DNA of 64,000 nt, from assembly GCA_951406725.2 (NCBI GenBank), contig OX597817.1:101060001-101124000 (forward strand), given 5' to 3'. Positions 27,446 through 44,207 of this stretch are shown here, in pieces; within the stretch, counting starts at the first letter, position 1; the number at the start of each line of letters is the position of its first letter. A model generated the notes under the pieces. It was not told the origin of the DNA. It searched no databases and was given only the letters and a program-made list of their open reading frames with translations. The translations under genes and the position numbers were made by a program. Source of the DNA: Octopus vulgaris. Its lineage: Eukaryota.

Positions 27446-29100
27446 CTAGCAGAAGTATCCGGCATTGCTAGGGGTTCACATACTACAATGTCTTTTTATA
27501 CATAGTAAATTTCCTATGTCATAAATAACGTTAACGCCAAATTGTAACAAAATTGATCGCTTATTGTAACCAAATTGTAACAAATTGTAACAAAATTGGT
27601 CACCGGGTATCGCTGAAACTAGGCAGTAACAGTTTGATACGAAGTCCTGATAAGGGCTTTAATGCGTTCTAACATGGTGTAACAATCACGGGTAAAGTAG
27701 CCCTGAAAAAGACTTTTTTGTCATTCTCACAGCGGTAACAATTTGATAAAAAGCCCTGAAAAACGACTGTAATGTGTTCTCAGGTGGTGTATCAATCGTA
27801 TGTAAAGTGGCCCTAAAAAGGACCTTTCTTTATAAGAAACATGGTTGAGGAAAGTTAGTAACTTTGAAAGTATGGCTACAATAGCACCACCATGTATCAG
27901 GTCTGCAAGGTTGCATTGGCGTAGTGGGGGCATAGATGTTCACGAATTTGAAAGCTGTTGGCGCGTGAAATGCCTACAACACGTCTCTGTACACTACATT
28001 TTTCATTTTGCCATTAGGCAGCTCTGGAGCATCCGACATATAACTGGCCATGAGAGAAACATGGCTCGCCCTCCTTCTCTTGGCAGCCGAAGCAGGTTCT
28101 GTTTTACGACAAAGGCACGTTCTTTTCTTAGGTGGCATGGCAGTAGTATTGGGCTATGTTTAAATTGCGAGTTTTAAAAATCTGGCAAAAAGAGACACAG
28201 AAAAACAAATTTGGCATGGTGTATAAAAAGTGAACTTACTAAACGTATTATTCAAAAAAGGTGGAAGCAGGGACAGACAGTTAGCTATGTGGACACAAAG
28301 ACACTGAATGCAATATTTTTTAATGACGCGTAAGCTAAAAACTGATAAGTTGCACATTATGCACAAATGTGCATCAATAATTACGATTTGACACCGGTAT
28401 GATCAGACGAACAGTGTTCCACCAATGAAATTCAATCAGAGAATTAATTGGAAAGGCTCATTACAGTGGACAATCGATAGTGTTCATGCGCACAGGTCAA
28501 ATGTCATGTTCGCAGTTCACTCCTTTTTGGTAGCCCATTGACATAATGTCATTAAAAAAATTGGTGGTGAAAAGGGGGCATTATGATTGTCAGCGATAAA
28601 GAGTGGACGTGTAAACACTAGGGACGTGGTAAAAGCAATCATTCACACCAAATAAAAGGCTGAAGTGGTGGTGGGATCATGGCCGTAGGTGATAATAGGG
28701 AGTAGTTTCAGTAAACACTAATGTACACAGATAAAAAAAAGTGGGGTACACATTAATAGTGTTCACGCCCACATGTCAAAGGTCATGCTCGCAGTTCACT
28801 CCATGTTATGAGCAGAGGATAATTAAAGAAAGTTTGTGCTGAAGTGGAGTGGTGGGGCATCATGAAGATTTGGGCCAAGGTCTTAGTAAAAAGGTTGGCG
28901 AGTGTCGGGAATAGTATAGTCTGGGAGGCACAGACATGTTCCATCCAGGCAGAACCATTTAGGATACCCTCCATCTTATTTGCTATACAGCACTGCGAGT
29001 TGCCGTATGCCACTTGCCTGGTGTCCGTGACCGAAGAGGAGATAACTACTCCGAAATGTTTGCATCTCACGGTTTTGGTAGACGGCGCTGCAAACTGATA
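27446..29100 (-). mobile_element. Internally deleted Helitron (3' end defined, 5' boundary uncertain)
   Basis: Minus-strand 3' end CCCCTAGCAATGCCGGATACTTCTG-CTAG|T at 27446; RepHel remnants at 27974-28138. Confidence 0.7.
27974..28138 (-). pseudogene. Helitron RepHel remnant (N-terminus fused to helicase C-terminus)
   Basis: Manual translation MPPKKRTCLCRK...PNGKMKNVVYRDVL*; an overlapping frame reads EPCFSHGQLYVGCSR, the PIF1-type helicase motif. Confidence 0.8.
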
Positions 29101-29651
29101 TAGGTGTATATACACCATTTGTCAATAAATGGGATATATTTTCCGTGACAAAACGCAGTGAGTAGCTTGTTCACCGGTTCGAACGTGCCTCAAGCATATT
29201 CGGACTGATAATAACATTACAAAATTTATTATGTTACTGTACTTAAATTCGGAATGGATGTATAGTTCGTCTTAGATTGATATATGAAGCATGGTAATAA
29301 TTACTATATAGAGTGACAGTGTAAAATTAAGACAAATTAAACACTCTCATTAAGCATATATCTAAACATGAATTCGACTAGTGAAGTTGACTAGCGATGA
29401 TATATTTCATACGCCTGAAGCTTATATTGTGAGATAGTTTTATTCATCGACATTTTAGCTATAGATTTCCGGCTCTTCCAGCAATTTTCTAAGAATTTTT
29501 TATGTCATTCGATACATTACTGAATTTCAAATATACTAACTTGAAGGTCGTTTGTAAAATGTAACGTGCTATAAGGTATTTTCAATCACATACTCACGCA
29601 CGCACGCGTGCACACACACACGCGTGCACACACACACACGGGTTTATCACC

Positions 29652-29696
<45 letters not shown>

Positions 29697-30947
29697 GTCA
29701 TTGCCAACGACGATGACAACAGCATGATAATAATCGAAGCGTCACAGAAATACAGCCGGACCACATCATTAGTTCTCATTTTCTTGTCTATAACATATAT
29801 GTAGATATTTAAAGTTCTGAAAATATAATTTTCTACTACTGCTAATATTCTCCAACACTTTGCTATAACCGCATTCCTTTTAATTTTTTAATCCTAACTA
29901 AAATAACAACATATTATTTTCATTTGCTAATGAAAAAATTGAAGTCTTCGTTAAAAAACTTATCTAGCTTAATTATCAATTTTCACCAAGAAAAGCAGGT
30001 GAGACAACACTGAATAAATTTAATTAATGAAAACTAATTAAGAACATATATGGGCTATATAGTGAAGAACAAGTTTGATATTGGCAGTTCGGTTTTGGGA
30101 ATGAACACCGAATTTAACTACGCACCAAAAAAAAAAAAAAATCTCAATAACTTCTAAAATCACAAATAGGTAATAACACAGCTTTTACAAAACACTGCAT
30201 AGACAGTGAATTTCTGGATTTATTTATACGTAAACATAATCTAGCTAATGCATACTCTAGCAAGCCAGTCGGCGAACTGCACTTATTTCTACTCTTCAGT
30301 CATGTAGACCAGTCTACTATAATTCTCTTGAACAGAGCCTAAAAATGTAAAGAGGGGTATTCTAAAAACCATCTTTATTTTACGGTGCTATTACAGTAAA
30401 ACTTTGGAAAATTCAACCAATATTGATGTGTTCTGTTAGAAAAAAATCGCATTGTATTGAAATGTTAAGTAATCTTTGCAATAGCTATGTTCATTTTTAG
30501 GACTACACATTATCTTAAAATTGTTTACATCAAAGACGATGAAATTATTTTCTTTTTCAGTGATCGCATTAACTAGAAAGGGGAAATTATTGTGCAGCAT
30601 TATTCAGTGTAAATAGTAATGTCAACAAAATAGATTAAAAGCAAAAAAATGTTCTATCCACCATCACCATCATCCCAACCAGCCATTAAAATCCACCTCC
30701 TTCTCCTCACCACCACAAACCACTATCTCCGCCACCGCTGCATCTGCCGCCGTTGCTGCCTCTGCCACCGTCGCTGCCTCTGCCACTGCTGCCTCTATCT
30801 CCTCCTCCTCCTTCTCCTCCTTCTCCTCTGCCACCTTCTCCTCCACCTCTGCTTCCTCTACCACCGCCGCCACCACTATTACTATTACCTCAAAAACATC
30901 AGTTTGGCATAGTGTTAGCTAAAGGGCATAAAATGTATATAATTCTC

Positions 30948-31009
<62 letters not shown>

Positions 31010-31059
31010 GGAAAACAACAAAAACAATAGTAATAAAAATAATTCTTTCTACTATAGGC

Positions 31060-31254
31060 ACGTAACCAGCCAATTTGTAGGAGGGGACTAGTCGATTACA
31101 TCAACCCAGTACTTAATTGATAATTCATTTTATTGATCCCGAAGTATGAAAGTCAAAGTCAACCTCGGTGACATTTGAATTTAGAACGTAAAACCGGAAG
31201 AAATGCCGCTAAGAATTTTGTCCAGTGTGTTAACGATTCTGCCTGCTCACCGCC

Positions 31255-31257
<3 letters not shown>
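31060..31257 (-). mobile_element. SINE family 1 copy
   Basis: Reverse complement of the family-1 head (..GATTCTGCCTGCTCACCGCCTT) and core; flanked by (AAT)n. Confidence 0.75.
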
Positions 31258-31326
<69 letters not shown>

Positions 31327-31327
<1 letters not shown>

Positions 31328-31789
31328 AGATGGGCTATAGCAAATATTCTGCTCAATACCACTGATTTGCTTGTCAGTTGTTTGACCATAACCAGTTGAG
31401 CATGTCCCTTAGTGGCTGACTATATGTGCATCTCTGATCACGAGCAGAAGTAGTGGGGGAGCATCATAGCCGTGTGTTGAGAGGGATTCTTGGAGGTTTG
31501 AATAATTCACCTTTGGAAACATGGGTGTTTCATTCAACATCCTTAAACAATCCTTATTCAGGGACCTTTTGAATGGGATGGGCTACTCAACATGAAGAAA
31601 ATTCTAACTAGGCCCCACCTGCAAAGTCATGTGCTGTTTATCTTGATATGAGATCACCATGTCGCGCACATATGGTTGTGATGCATGTGCCTGGTATACC
31701 CTTATCAGACGGGTAGTCATGATGGGTATACTGGGCTTCGTATATTTTACCCTAGTGTCACTTTGATGACATGAACTGCTCTCGCACTC

Positions 31790-31859
<70 letters not shown>

Positions 31860-32412
31860 TGCCCTCATGCAGTGCGAGGCAGCGGCTCTCATGGCTTCTG
31901 ATCTTAACTGATTGGAAGTGTTATCATGTATATTCTTTTGTCTTGGTATAAAAGATGGGCTGCAGCAAATATTCTGCTCAATGCCACAGATTTGCTAGTC
32001 AGTTGCTTGACCATAACCAGTTGAGCATGTCCCTTAGTGGCTGACGATATGTGCATTTCCGATTACGAGCAGGAGTAATGGGGGAGCATCATAACCGTGT
32101 GTTGAAATAAATTCTTTGGGGTTTGAATAATTCACCTCTGGAAACATGGGTGTTTCGTTCAACATCCTTAAACAACCCTTATTCAGGGACCTTTTGAGCG
32201 GGAGGGGTTACTCGACCAGAAGAAAATTCTAACTGGGCCCCACTTGCAAGGTCACGTACTGTTTATCTTGATATGAGATCACCATGTCGCGCACATATGG
32301 TTGTGATGCATGTACCTAGTGTAGCCTTATCAGACGGATAGTCATGATGGGTATACTGGGCTTCGTATATTTTACCCCAGTGTCACTTTGATGGCATGCA
32401 CTGCTCTCTCAC

Positions 32413-32414
<2 letters not shown>
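31327..32414 (+). mobile_element. Two tandem ~0.5-kb repeat units (31327-31790, 31859-32414) each ending in (AAT)n; probable distal 3' UTR of the R4/Dong-like LINE
   Basis: Highly similar to each other and to 34770-35380; all end ..CTGCTCTC.CA.T.AATAATAAT. Confidence 0.75.
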
Positions 32415-32469
<55 letters not shown>

Positions 32470-32487
32470 TTGATAATGATGATAATA

Positions 32488-32531
<44 letters not shown>

Positions 32532-32585
32532 AATGATGATGATGATGACGATGATGACGATGATGATGACGACGATGTTGATGAC

Positions 32586-32618
<33 letters not shown>

Positions 32619-32624
32619 AATAGC

Positions 32625-34746
<2,122 letters not shown>

Positions 34747-34769
34747 AAGAAGAAGAAGAAAAAGAATAA

Positions 34770-35380
34770 ATACCCTGATGCAGTACCAGACAGTGGCTCT
34801 CATGACTCCTGATCTTAACTGATTGGAAGTGTCTTCGTGTACATCGTTTGTCTTGTTATAAAAGATGGGCTACAACAAATATTCTGCTCAATACCACAGA
34901 TTTGCTCGTCAGTTTCTTGACCATAACCTGTTGAGCATGTCACTTAGTGGCTGAGGATATGTGCATCTCAGACTATGAGCAGGAGTAGTGGGGGAATCAT
35001 CATAGCCATGTGTTGAGAGTAATTCTTTGGGTTTGAATAGTTCACCTCTGGAAACACAGGTATTTCGATCATCATCCTTTTCCAGGGTCCTTTCAACGGG
35101 TTGGCGTACTTGACATAAAGAGCATTCTAACTGAACCCTACCTGCAAGGTCGTGCGCTGTTTATCTTGATATGGGATCACAATATCGATCACAATATCGC
35201 ACACATACGCTTTTGATGCATGTGTGCAAGTCGGACTTCTTATATTTTTACCCCAGTATCACTTTGATGGCATGCATGTTTCTGATGTACCCTTGTCAAA
35301 CGGGTAGTAATGATGGTATATTGAGCTTCGTATATTTGTGTCCAAGTGTTACTTTGATTGCATGCGCTGCTCTCGCATTC
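34770..35380 (+). mobile_element. Third copy of the (AAT)n-tailed ~0.55-kb unit
   Basis: Homologous to 31859-32414, with an internal duplication near its 3' end. Confidence 0.75.
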
Positions 35381-38210
35381 AATAATAATAATAAGTAGTA
35401 GAAGGAATAATAATAGCTTCAACAGTTTAAGAGGAGGAGATACTCATTCGTTGCTATCGACCTCAGTACTAGATTGGTATTTCACTTTATCAACGAAAAG
35501 TTGACTGCGACAGAATTTGAATTCAGAATTTAAAGGACTACGGGAAATACTGAAAAGCGTATAGTCCGACGCTCTAACAATTCTGCTAGCCTAGCATACT
35601 CTCCGATTAACTATCATGATACTTCTAATAATGTTTCAAATTTTGGCACAAGGCCAACAATTTTAAAGCTTGTCTGTTAGGCGATTGCCTGAACCTTACT
35701 ACCTTGTTGATATTCAGTTTTATGAATTTCGAAAAGATGAAAGTTAGACCAAACCGTATCTAATCTCAGAACGTAAAGAGCCAGAAGAAAGGCTGTTAAC
35801 ATTTTATTCAACTCGCTATCGATTCAACTTAGTCGCTGTCCTAATACTACAACTGATACTAACAACAGAAATTACAATAATTCCTTCAAGATCACGAAGT
35901 ACCAAGTTGGCATTTGATGAGGTTAAATCTGCCATTCCGAGAGGAGTTCCAATTCACTCGTCGTCGGAAAATATTGTGGATGTTGTGTTTCGATTAAAAA
36001 TACAAGTGGCTGTGTTATTTATCACTACTTTTTCCAATTAATATATGTTGTTTAGCAATAAACTAAATAACATCAACTTCGTAAGCAGGAGTGTAACCTT
36101 AGGTGAAGCTGAACATTTTACAGGTGTGTTGTGCTAGAGGAATCAGTACTCGATCGTCTTTTATCAATGCCTAGCAGCACTTATGATAAGCACAGCAGGG
36201 GTAAGTAGAACTATATAGTTTTGATGGAATGTCTTTCAAGACTTAGGAGTAAAGTAGGTGTTGGTGGAAGTATGCTCTCAGATAGGAAAAACGAAGATAC
36301 ATATTTCAGTTGATAGAAAATTAGTGAATGAACCAAGCAAACATAGTCCAAAGAAGACGTTAGATATTACCAGTTGAAACAGGGATTATACAGTAAATAA
36401 TTACTAACAAGAAGAGTTAAATGAAAACAATTTCAGCTGGAAAAATTAGTAATACCTGATGACTGAGAAAATGAGAAGCGAAATGTTTTGATACGATTAA
36501 ATGAGGCTCTAAATAATTAAAAAAACGAAACAAATGCTATTAAATTTGAGATAAATTAACAAAGAAAGCTCCTAGTCGAAAGAAAAATATTGATGGGATA
36601 TGAGAACATGCTATAACCACAAACATTTAATTTGATTTAATTTGTGCTGCTGCGATAGCTGTTGTTGAAAGGCTGAGTGAAAAACATGCAGAGAAGAAAG
36701 AGATAAGGTGGAAAAGATGGATTAAAAGTCACATTAGGATACTTAGAAGAGAGCTCAGTGAGCCTGGAAGTTGGAACAAAGACAATTTGCGTAAGAAAAG
36801 CAAGTTTTACTTTGAAAGGTAGTACAACATATACGAGAAAGGGTATATTTCAGTGATATAACTGATCTAGTAAAGGGTATGTGCAAACTGAACCAAAATA
36901 ATAAGTAATCGACAAAGACAGGAACTTGAGTAAAACTGACATTTTGGATCAAACTAGACGCAGTTTTTCCCTAACATTCGATAAAATGGAAACACTGGCA
37001 TCAAATGTGGTGAAAGTAATAGAATTTTGGACATGAATTTGGTAGTTTAGTTATAATCAGATATTTAATATTGTATGAATATAATGAAAATGCAAATAGG
37101 ATCAAAATTGTTAAAAACGGAATTTATCAGCTCAGAAAAAGATCAAAACACTATAACTTGGGGCGATATTCTGCAGCAGGTAAAGATACCACAGAGTTGG
37201 AAAGCTGTAAGATCAGATGGAACCTTTACACAGTTTATATATAGAATTTATATCTATTTTAAATATTTATTAGACTTCATGGTCCTCTTGTCTGAAAACA
37301 TGCAGTGTTTTATTGACTCAAGTAATGTATTTGGAAACTTACAAACATACGCGTGCACATTGTAGTCTTACAGGGATATAGTTGTGTATGTGTGTTTGCT
37401 GGCATCAGGGGGCGGTTGGTCGCTACATGACAGTGTGGCCAGTGCGTATTTACGCATATGTGTGTGTACATCTACACGTATATGTGCGACTATGTGTGTG
37501 ACCCTCCATGCATATAAGCCTGTTTGTGTGTGCGTGTAAATGAAGTTGTATACGAATGTGTGCGCGCTAGCGGCACGTAATGGACGACCTGCCATTGCCT
37601 TAGTTTTAAGACTCTTTACGTACACACCAACCAAGTTCAATGTTTGCCAAAACGGATATAACTTGACACTGATAGCATATAAAGGTTAACGGTGACTGAT
37701 CTATTATCTCGGTTTCGCATTTTGATGTATTCCACTGATGGTTCTTGTCATTGTTATTTTGTTGTTGCTGTTGTTCTTGTCACTGATGCTACATTGTCTT
37801 CGGATCATTTAGTCTTAATATTCTTTATTGAGTATGTATGTGTAGGAGTGTGTAAATGCGTGTGAATCTATCACCTTCTTTTGTGCTATCTAGTAAATTG
37901 CTTGTAACTTGCATAGTGGCATGCATATATCTTAACAATATATTCTATTACGTAATAGAGCATTTAGCATATGTAATACTGACAATCGGCTTCCTGGAAC
38001 ATGTGTATGTTATATATAGTTTTAAAATGCCAGTTACGTTTTCTGTGTTTATTATTACTATAATGTGGTTCGGATTTTGCATCTTTGTCAATCTGAATAT
38101 ACAATAAGTGGAATGTATAATTATTTATCGGGCCCAAATCTTTCGGTAGCGTGTTGTGCCTTTCAGCGGACTTTTTAAAGTGCGCGCGCACGCACACACA
38201 CACACACACA

Positions 38211-38241
<31 letters not shown>

Positions 38242-38479
38242 TTTATAAACGAAAAAGCAGATATATTAAGCTTAATAAAAATAACTTTATGAAAGTATAT
38301 GTTAAAGCAGTTACTGATCATCTTATCGTAATAATATTTCGCATGTTTGTACGTATAGTGTGGCTCTGCTATTCATATTCATACACGCTACTCTTCGTTA
38401 CCAAATAAAATCTAGCAATAAAAATTATGGAGGCTCTTTCTGAGCTACGCTGTCAACCTTAAAGTGGCTCAAGATTTGG

Positions 38480-39200
38480 TTACATCCTCCACACTTTTAT
38501 TTCTGTATAATAAAGATTACTTTCCGTCACCTCCAACAATGTCTAGTGCTATATATTGTTGATACCATGTTTCACTCTTCTCCAACTTTCTTTATTCAAG
38601 TGCCAGCCATTTCCAACCTAGACACCTTGCTCTAAATGTATAACTTTTTCCATAAAATGAGCAGTCATAGGAATTCTGTCTCATTTACAGGCACAAATTC
38701 ACAAAAACTTTATATATCAAAGCACTACACTTGTACCATGCCACTCCAAACATTGGCCCATACGAACCAAATCTTCAAAATTACTACGTATGCTAAACCT
38801 AACCTCAGCATCAATAACTGTTTCTCCTAATGATCCCACATTAAATGCATTGCATAAAAAAATTTGAAAAACTGAGTTGTCTTTCTGGATGCAGACATTG
38901 CTTCAACTCGCAATAGCTAGCAGTTCTCTATGAAGCATTTATGAGAATCGCGATGGAAAATTTTCCACAAAGTAATAGGACAATGGTGCTGTATCACGCA
39001 GGGACATATAGAAAAGGCTTCTCAACTATTTGCCTTGAAGTTATTCAGCAACACACTTCAATCTCTAGCCCAGCTACGCACTGTGTCTTTCCTACTGCCA
39101 CTTCGAGGAAGTCATTTCGTCACAGCTGATTTATCCCATGCCGATTTTGTGAAAAGGAAACCAACTCCGAGGTTTGCCTCGTGCAGAAGAGGCACAAAAC
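38480..39200 (-). pseudogene. Heavily decayed Gypsy-type pol fragment (RNase H to integrase Zn finger)
   Basis: Minus-strand remnants in order: DT.AS..GI..VL (~39090), RELLAI (~38925), WSGM...YIK.CE.C (~38750-38690). Many frameshifts. Confidence 0.45.
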
Positions 39201-39424
39201 AAGTCCCGTGACCAATTTCACGTCACCTTCCATGTATCGCACCATCCATTTTTCTCAAACGTTTCTTTTCACAACATCTCACTAAATATCCTTGTTCTGT
39301 CCACTATTTTTATTCTTGTGTTGATCAAGACGGATATCAAACATATCAACCTCATTGCTTCTGAAGATCTGCGAAATTCATAAGCATAATCTCTTCTTTC
39401 ACTTGAATTCATAATGCGCGCACG

Positions 39425-39477
<53 letters not shown>

Positions 39478-40949
39478 ATTTTCGTCATAAAATATTTGCA
39501 ACACTAAGTTGCAACACCGTGCGACGCGAGTTAATCGACTTTTACTTAATTAAAAACATGGTAACCATAACAAAGTTCTTGTGGACAACGTCGGTAGTTA
39601 TTGATTTAGAGATATTTTCACTGACTGACAAATTAATCTCAATAATCAATATAGATTAAAACCAACTAATTTGGGAAGATTAAATTTCAGTTGAAAGTGA
39701 CTACGTTCGAAATTTTCTTTTCATTTTTCCTTTTGTTTTGAATTCGGTGACTAATATTGTTGTGTACATGTGAGATATTAGTTTGGTTTGCTAAAATCGG
39801 TTGAACATTGACATCCTGATTATGTATCACCTCCAATATTATTCTACAATATACTCTCCTCTTAATCATTCTTAACAAGAACTACGGTTTTTGAAATCTC
39901 CAATCACAACTTGCTGTGAATGTTGATCTACAGATGTTCAAACTGGACATCGCTCATATCGATCTCACTGATCATGAGGCACTACCAATTTTCCTTTGAC
40001 TATTGCCAAATAGTAAAAAACATTTGTCAGTAAAGATTACTAATTGATATATCGTTGTTGATTCTGAGAAATTCGATAGGAAGAAATTTGGTTTCTGTGT
40101 TAGTTTTGTATAATTCAGGACATGTTTACGTGAGCTTATGATGCTTTATGCTCTGCATGACTGTGAGTGAACTTCCTTTTCAGGTAATTCTACACGTCTG
40201 AGGTGATCGGGCCTGATCTGTACTTAATCGTTGCTGTTAACTTCATATTTAATGCCTTCTTGCTGTTTGTTTTTCTCTCAACTTGTAATCGCTTGACAAG
40301 TTACAACTGTGATCTAATATTATGTTTTAGCAAGTAGATTTTAGAATTCAAATTTCCAATAAATGTCTTTTTTGTAACAATAAGGAGTAGTTTAAGGCAG
40401 ATTTAGTTGCTAATTTTATCGATACTGAAACTACATAAACAAATATTAAAAACACTTGTTGAAATGCTATCAACAAAAGAAATTACAGTTCGTTGAATTC
40501 TTCACGATCCAAATAATCAAGTAAAATGCGTAAATGCAACACATAATTGTAGAAGGTTTTAAAATACGACCTGCAATGTAAAATAAAATAACGGGAGCCC
40601 AACTAAACATTGAAACAATCAACCTGAAACGCAACACATCGACGTCATTCAACAAAAATAATAAAACAAATAGCAGATATAATAAAACAAGTATCAATTA
40701 ATTAAACAAAGAAGAAATCAATGCATCAAAGTAATTAATATTAGACTATACAACAAGCATTCATCAATCGGTTTCATTTTGTCACAGGTATTTCGGTCTG
40801 AGGTCAACTTTCACTGTTTCCCTCCAACAGTATCAAAGACCATGGAAAAAATCCATGTGTTTTTCTTCCTCTGATCAACTCACGCGTTTTACTACATTAA
40901 GTAGTGAAGCACTACGCAATGTAATTAGAGGTATCTAATGATCTCAGAA

Positions 40950-42450
40950 TGTGCACACTATTCTCTGTCAACAACTTCAATAATATATCCCAACTACAGC
41001 AGTAAGCAGCACCCCATTATTAAGCATTTTTCCTAAATTAGAAAGAAAAAATACACATAGAAACACAGACACACACCTTTCACCCCGACTATCTAAAAGT
41101 CAGTACGTTAATCCCCAAACCCAAACATTGACGTAAGACAAGTTATATTTATCAACATATTCAAATATTCTTAGCAATACAGCTAAATTTTCAAAATTGA
41201 GAATCTAGTCAGGACAATAACATTTCTAATACGTCTAAACTATGCAAACTTCAAAATTATCCTTGAAAAACTCATTCTTTGATACTATCAAGTGACATGT
41301 ACCTCATTTTAACCTCAATTTTAATCCTGTACTCAGATACAACATTACTTATGGCTATTTTACTGAATACATGATGGCTCAACAACAACAACAACAGCAA
41401 AAACATTCATGTACTCTTCTAACTATCACCAACATTAACAAAAATATTGACTCCCAATTCTCACCGTTAATTTATGATCAAAATATAGAGGACAATACTA
41501 AACACTGATGTGTTAATTACATCTGAGTTCGGAACACTTAGATTAAAATAATTGCTCATCTAGAAACTATAATTTTCTGAACAGACTACAGCAATGATCC
41601 AAAGCATCAGAATTCTTAAAGTCTTACACACCAGAAAGATTACTCACAGATAAAATACCAGTTAGCTACATTACTTAACTGAGACCCAACCGCCCAATAT
41701 TCACGTTAGAAGTAAGTAGCGAATATTAAAAGCAATCAGCTTTCGTAACCATCAATATATCAGTTATACGGTATAAAAAATATCAGGAATAGCCAACAAT
41801 ATTTCTATCGTAAGTAATTTCTACTATTCACATTAATTCCTCGGATTCTCCATAGCAAATAAAAACAAATTTCAAAAAACAGAACATAGTATTCTGAGCA
41901 TCATCAGAGACCACTGATGCAATAAAAACAAATTACTTGAAACGAAAATCAACGTGGGCATGCAAGAGCTACGCTTTGTCATTACATAAAACTCCATTTC
42001 CTAGTGTTCCTACCATTAATTTTTCATCTCAGTCACTTTTTAGCATACAGACACACTACTCTAATATAAGACTGACATCCCTCCTACTCAACCAACACAA
42101 ATTTTAAATGTTGACAGATAAAACAGTCAGTAGTTTTAATGACATCAATTGGTACCAAAGATTGTACTGAAATATATATCATCAGAGTTAAGTAAAGACG
42201 TACAGTAAAACTTGCATTATGACAAAGTGCTGTGATAACCACCAGAACATACAAGTATACAGGAACTGATAGGATACTGGAGAAAATAATATTCTCTCAC
42301 ATCTATACTGTACTCTATAAATAAGCCCTTAAAAGTAAGATTGTGGAATTGAAGTATACATGACACAGTAAATCTGAGGTACGATTTGTCGATCATACCT
42401 AGTCGATCGATCTACTTTTAAATGATAGAGAGCAAGGTTCATTTAGTCAA
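40950..42450 (+). pseudogene. Possible very old LINE ORF2 remnant
   Basis: A/C-rich coding-like skew and weak RT-like fragments (LEK, SQFSPLIY near 41455); no open frame. Confidence 0.25.
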
Positions 42451-43306
42451 CAACAACGACAATAATTGATACATCACTAAAAATAATATGCAAACAAATT
42501 TTTAAATCATTATATAAAGTTAGGAAAGTGTTATAGCATAAATAGCTATCTCTGATGTTTCATACGACTGATGATCAAACGAAGATATTCTCTGTAGATC
42601 AACTTCATTTTTCACTTCTGTTGGAAGCCAATTCAATTCTCATATCTAAACAGTATGAATACTCTTTACTTAAAAAAGCACTTGAGATTTGCAAACAATT
42701 TTTCATTGCAAACATTTTCTGATTGATCTATAACTGGAGAAATTCTCACAAATAATTATATTATTGCTGTTCAAACTATTTTACTTCGAAGTGACACTAC
42801 AACTTATAGCTTTTTTGATATGTTCTACTTTGAGAAAACATCAGAGACAAATCCAAAGTGAAGTGTGTGAAGAGAACAAATGTATTTCATAGTTCCTAAC
42901 CCAACACTTTTCATGATAATTCATGTGCGAGATCAGTAACTAAATAAAGGATGTTAAGCATATCGTTGACCATTATGTAGATAGCCCATTAGAGAATAAC
43001 CCTACGGACATAAAAACCTATCAAATACAGAATGAAGGGTGGATAACGCAAAGTCAAATGTAAGGTACCGAAAAGACCGTGAATGCGATTAGGGATCGGT
43101 TTCTATTTGTGGTTATAATTATGTCACTGTTTCTAATAACACAGATGAATGACATTTTCTGTACATGGTTGATCTGAAATATGCAACTTTAAGTAATAAA
43201 TATAATTTATAAACAAATGTATCCTCTAGTTGCAATTTGGATTTTTCTCATCTTACTGTATTCCATATATTTAAACCTGTGCATGTGTTTGTGCGCACGC
43301 GCGTGC

Positions 43307-43351
<45 letters not shown>

Positions 43352-44207
43352 TGTGTAAGTGTGTGTGAGAGGGGATATGTCTTTCTTAGCTATAATTACA
43401 TGACGAAAATCTAGATGTAAATGCAATTTCAGAATCTGTAAATATGTCAAAATTGCGATGATATCGTCCTCTGTATTTATTTTTAGTTTTAGTACTTACC
43501 AATCTCTTTTGTGAAACGCTATATTTCATGACATAAAGATAGAGTACCGTTTTCTAAGTGGTGAGCCGAACCAGAAACCATATACTTCCGAAGTAAGTAT
43601 CTTAACAACGCAGACATGCGTGTGCATATGCACACATCCTATAGTATTTGCACAGATCACTTAATTTTTATTTATTCTACAAAATTATACATCTTACAAA
43701 GCAATCCAGTAACGCACAATTTGGTTGAGAAAGAATGACCCTTCAGCTTTCTATAATTTTGATCTCTCCCTTCCTTCCTTTCTCTCTTCCTTCCTTTCTC
43801 ACTTCTCTCTGGTTATTCTTTTATTATTTTATATGTTCCAGTGATTAGACTGCTGCTATGCTGTAGCGCACTTCGAAAGGATTTTCAGTTTATCAAATCA
43901 AACCTCAGTAATAAATTTAAATCTGGTGTTTAGGCTCTTCTTTGCCGAATTACAAAGTTTACAAAGATCGAAAACAAAATTACAACGGTTGTGCAAACAC
44001 AAATACGAACAGGCATACATGCATAAACATAAACACATAGATCAAATATATATATATACACATGCACACATGGCAGGCTTCTGCACATGCGGACTAAATC
44101 CACGTGTTTGTCGAGCAAACTTCTTTACAGCCAATCCTCCACACTCTCTCTCCCTCCCTCCCTCTCTCTCTCCATCCCTCCCTCTCTCTCTATATATATA
44201 TATATAA

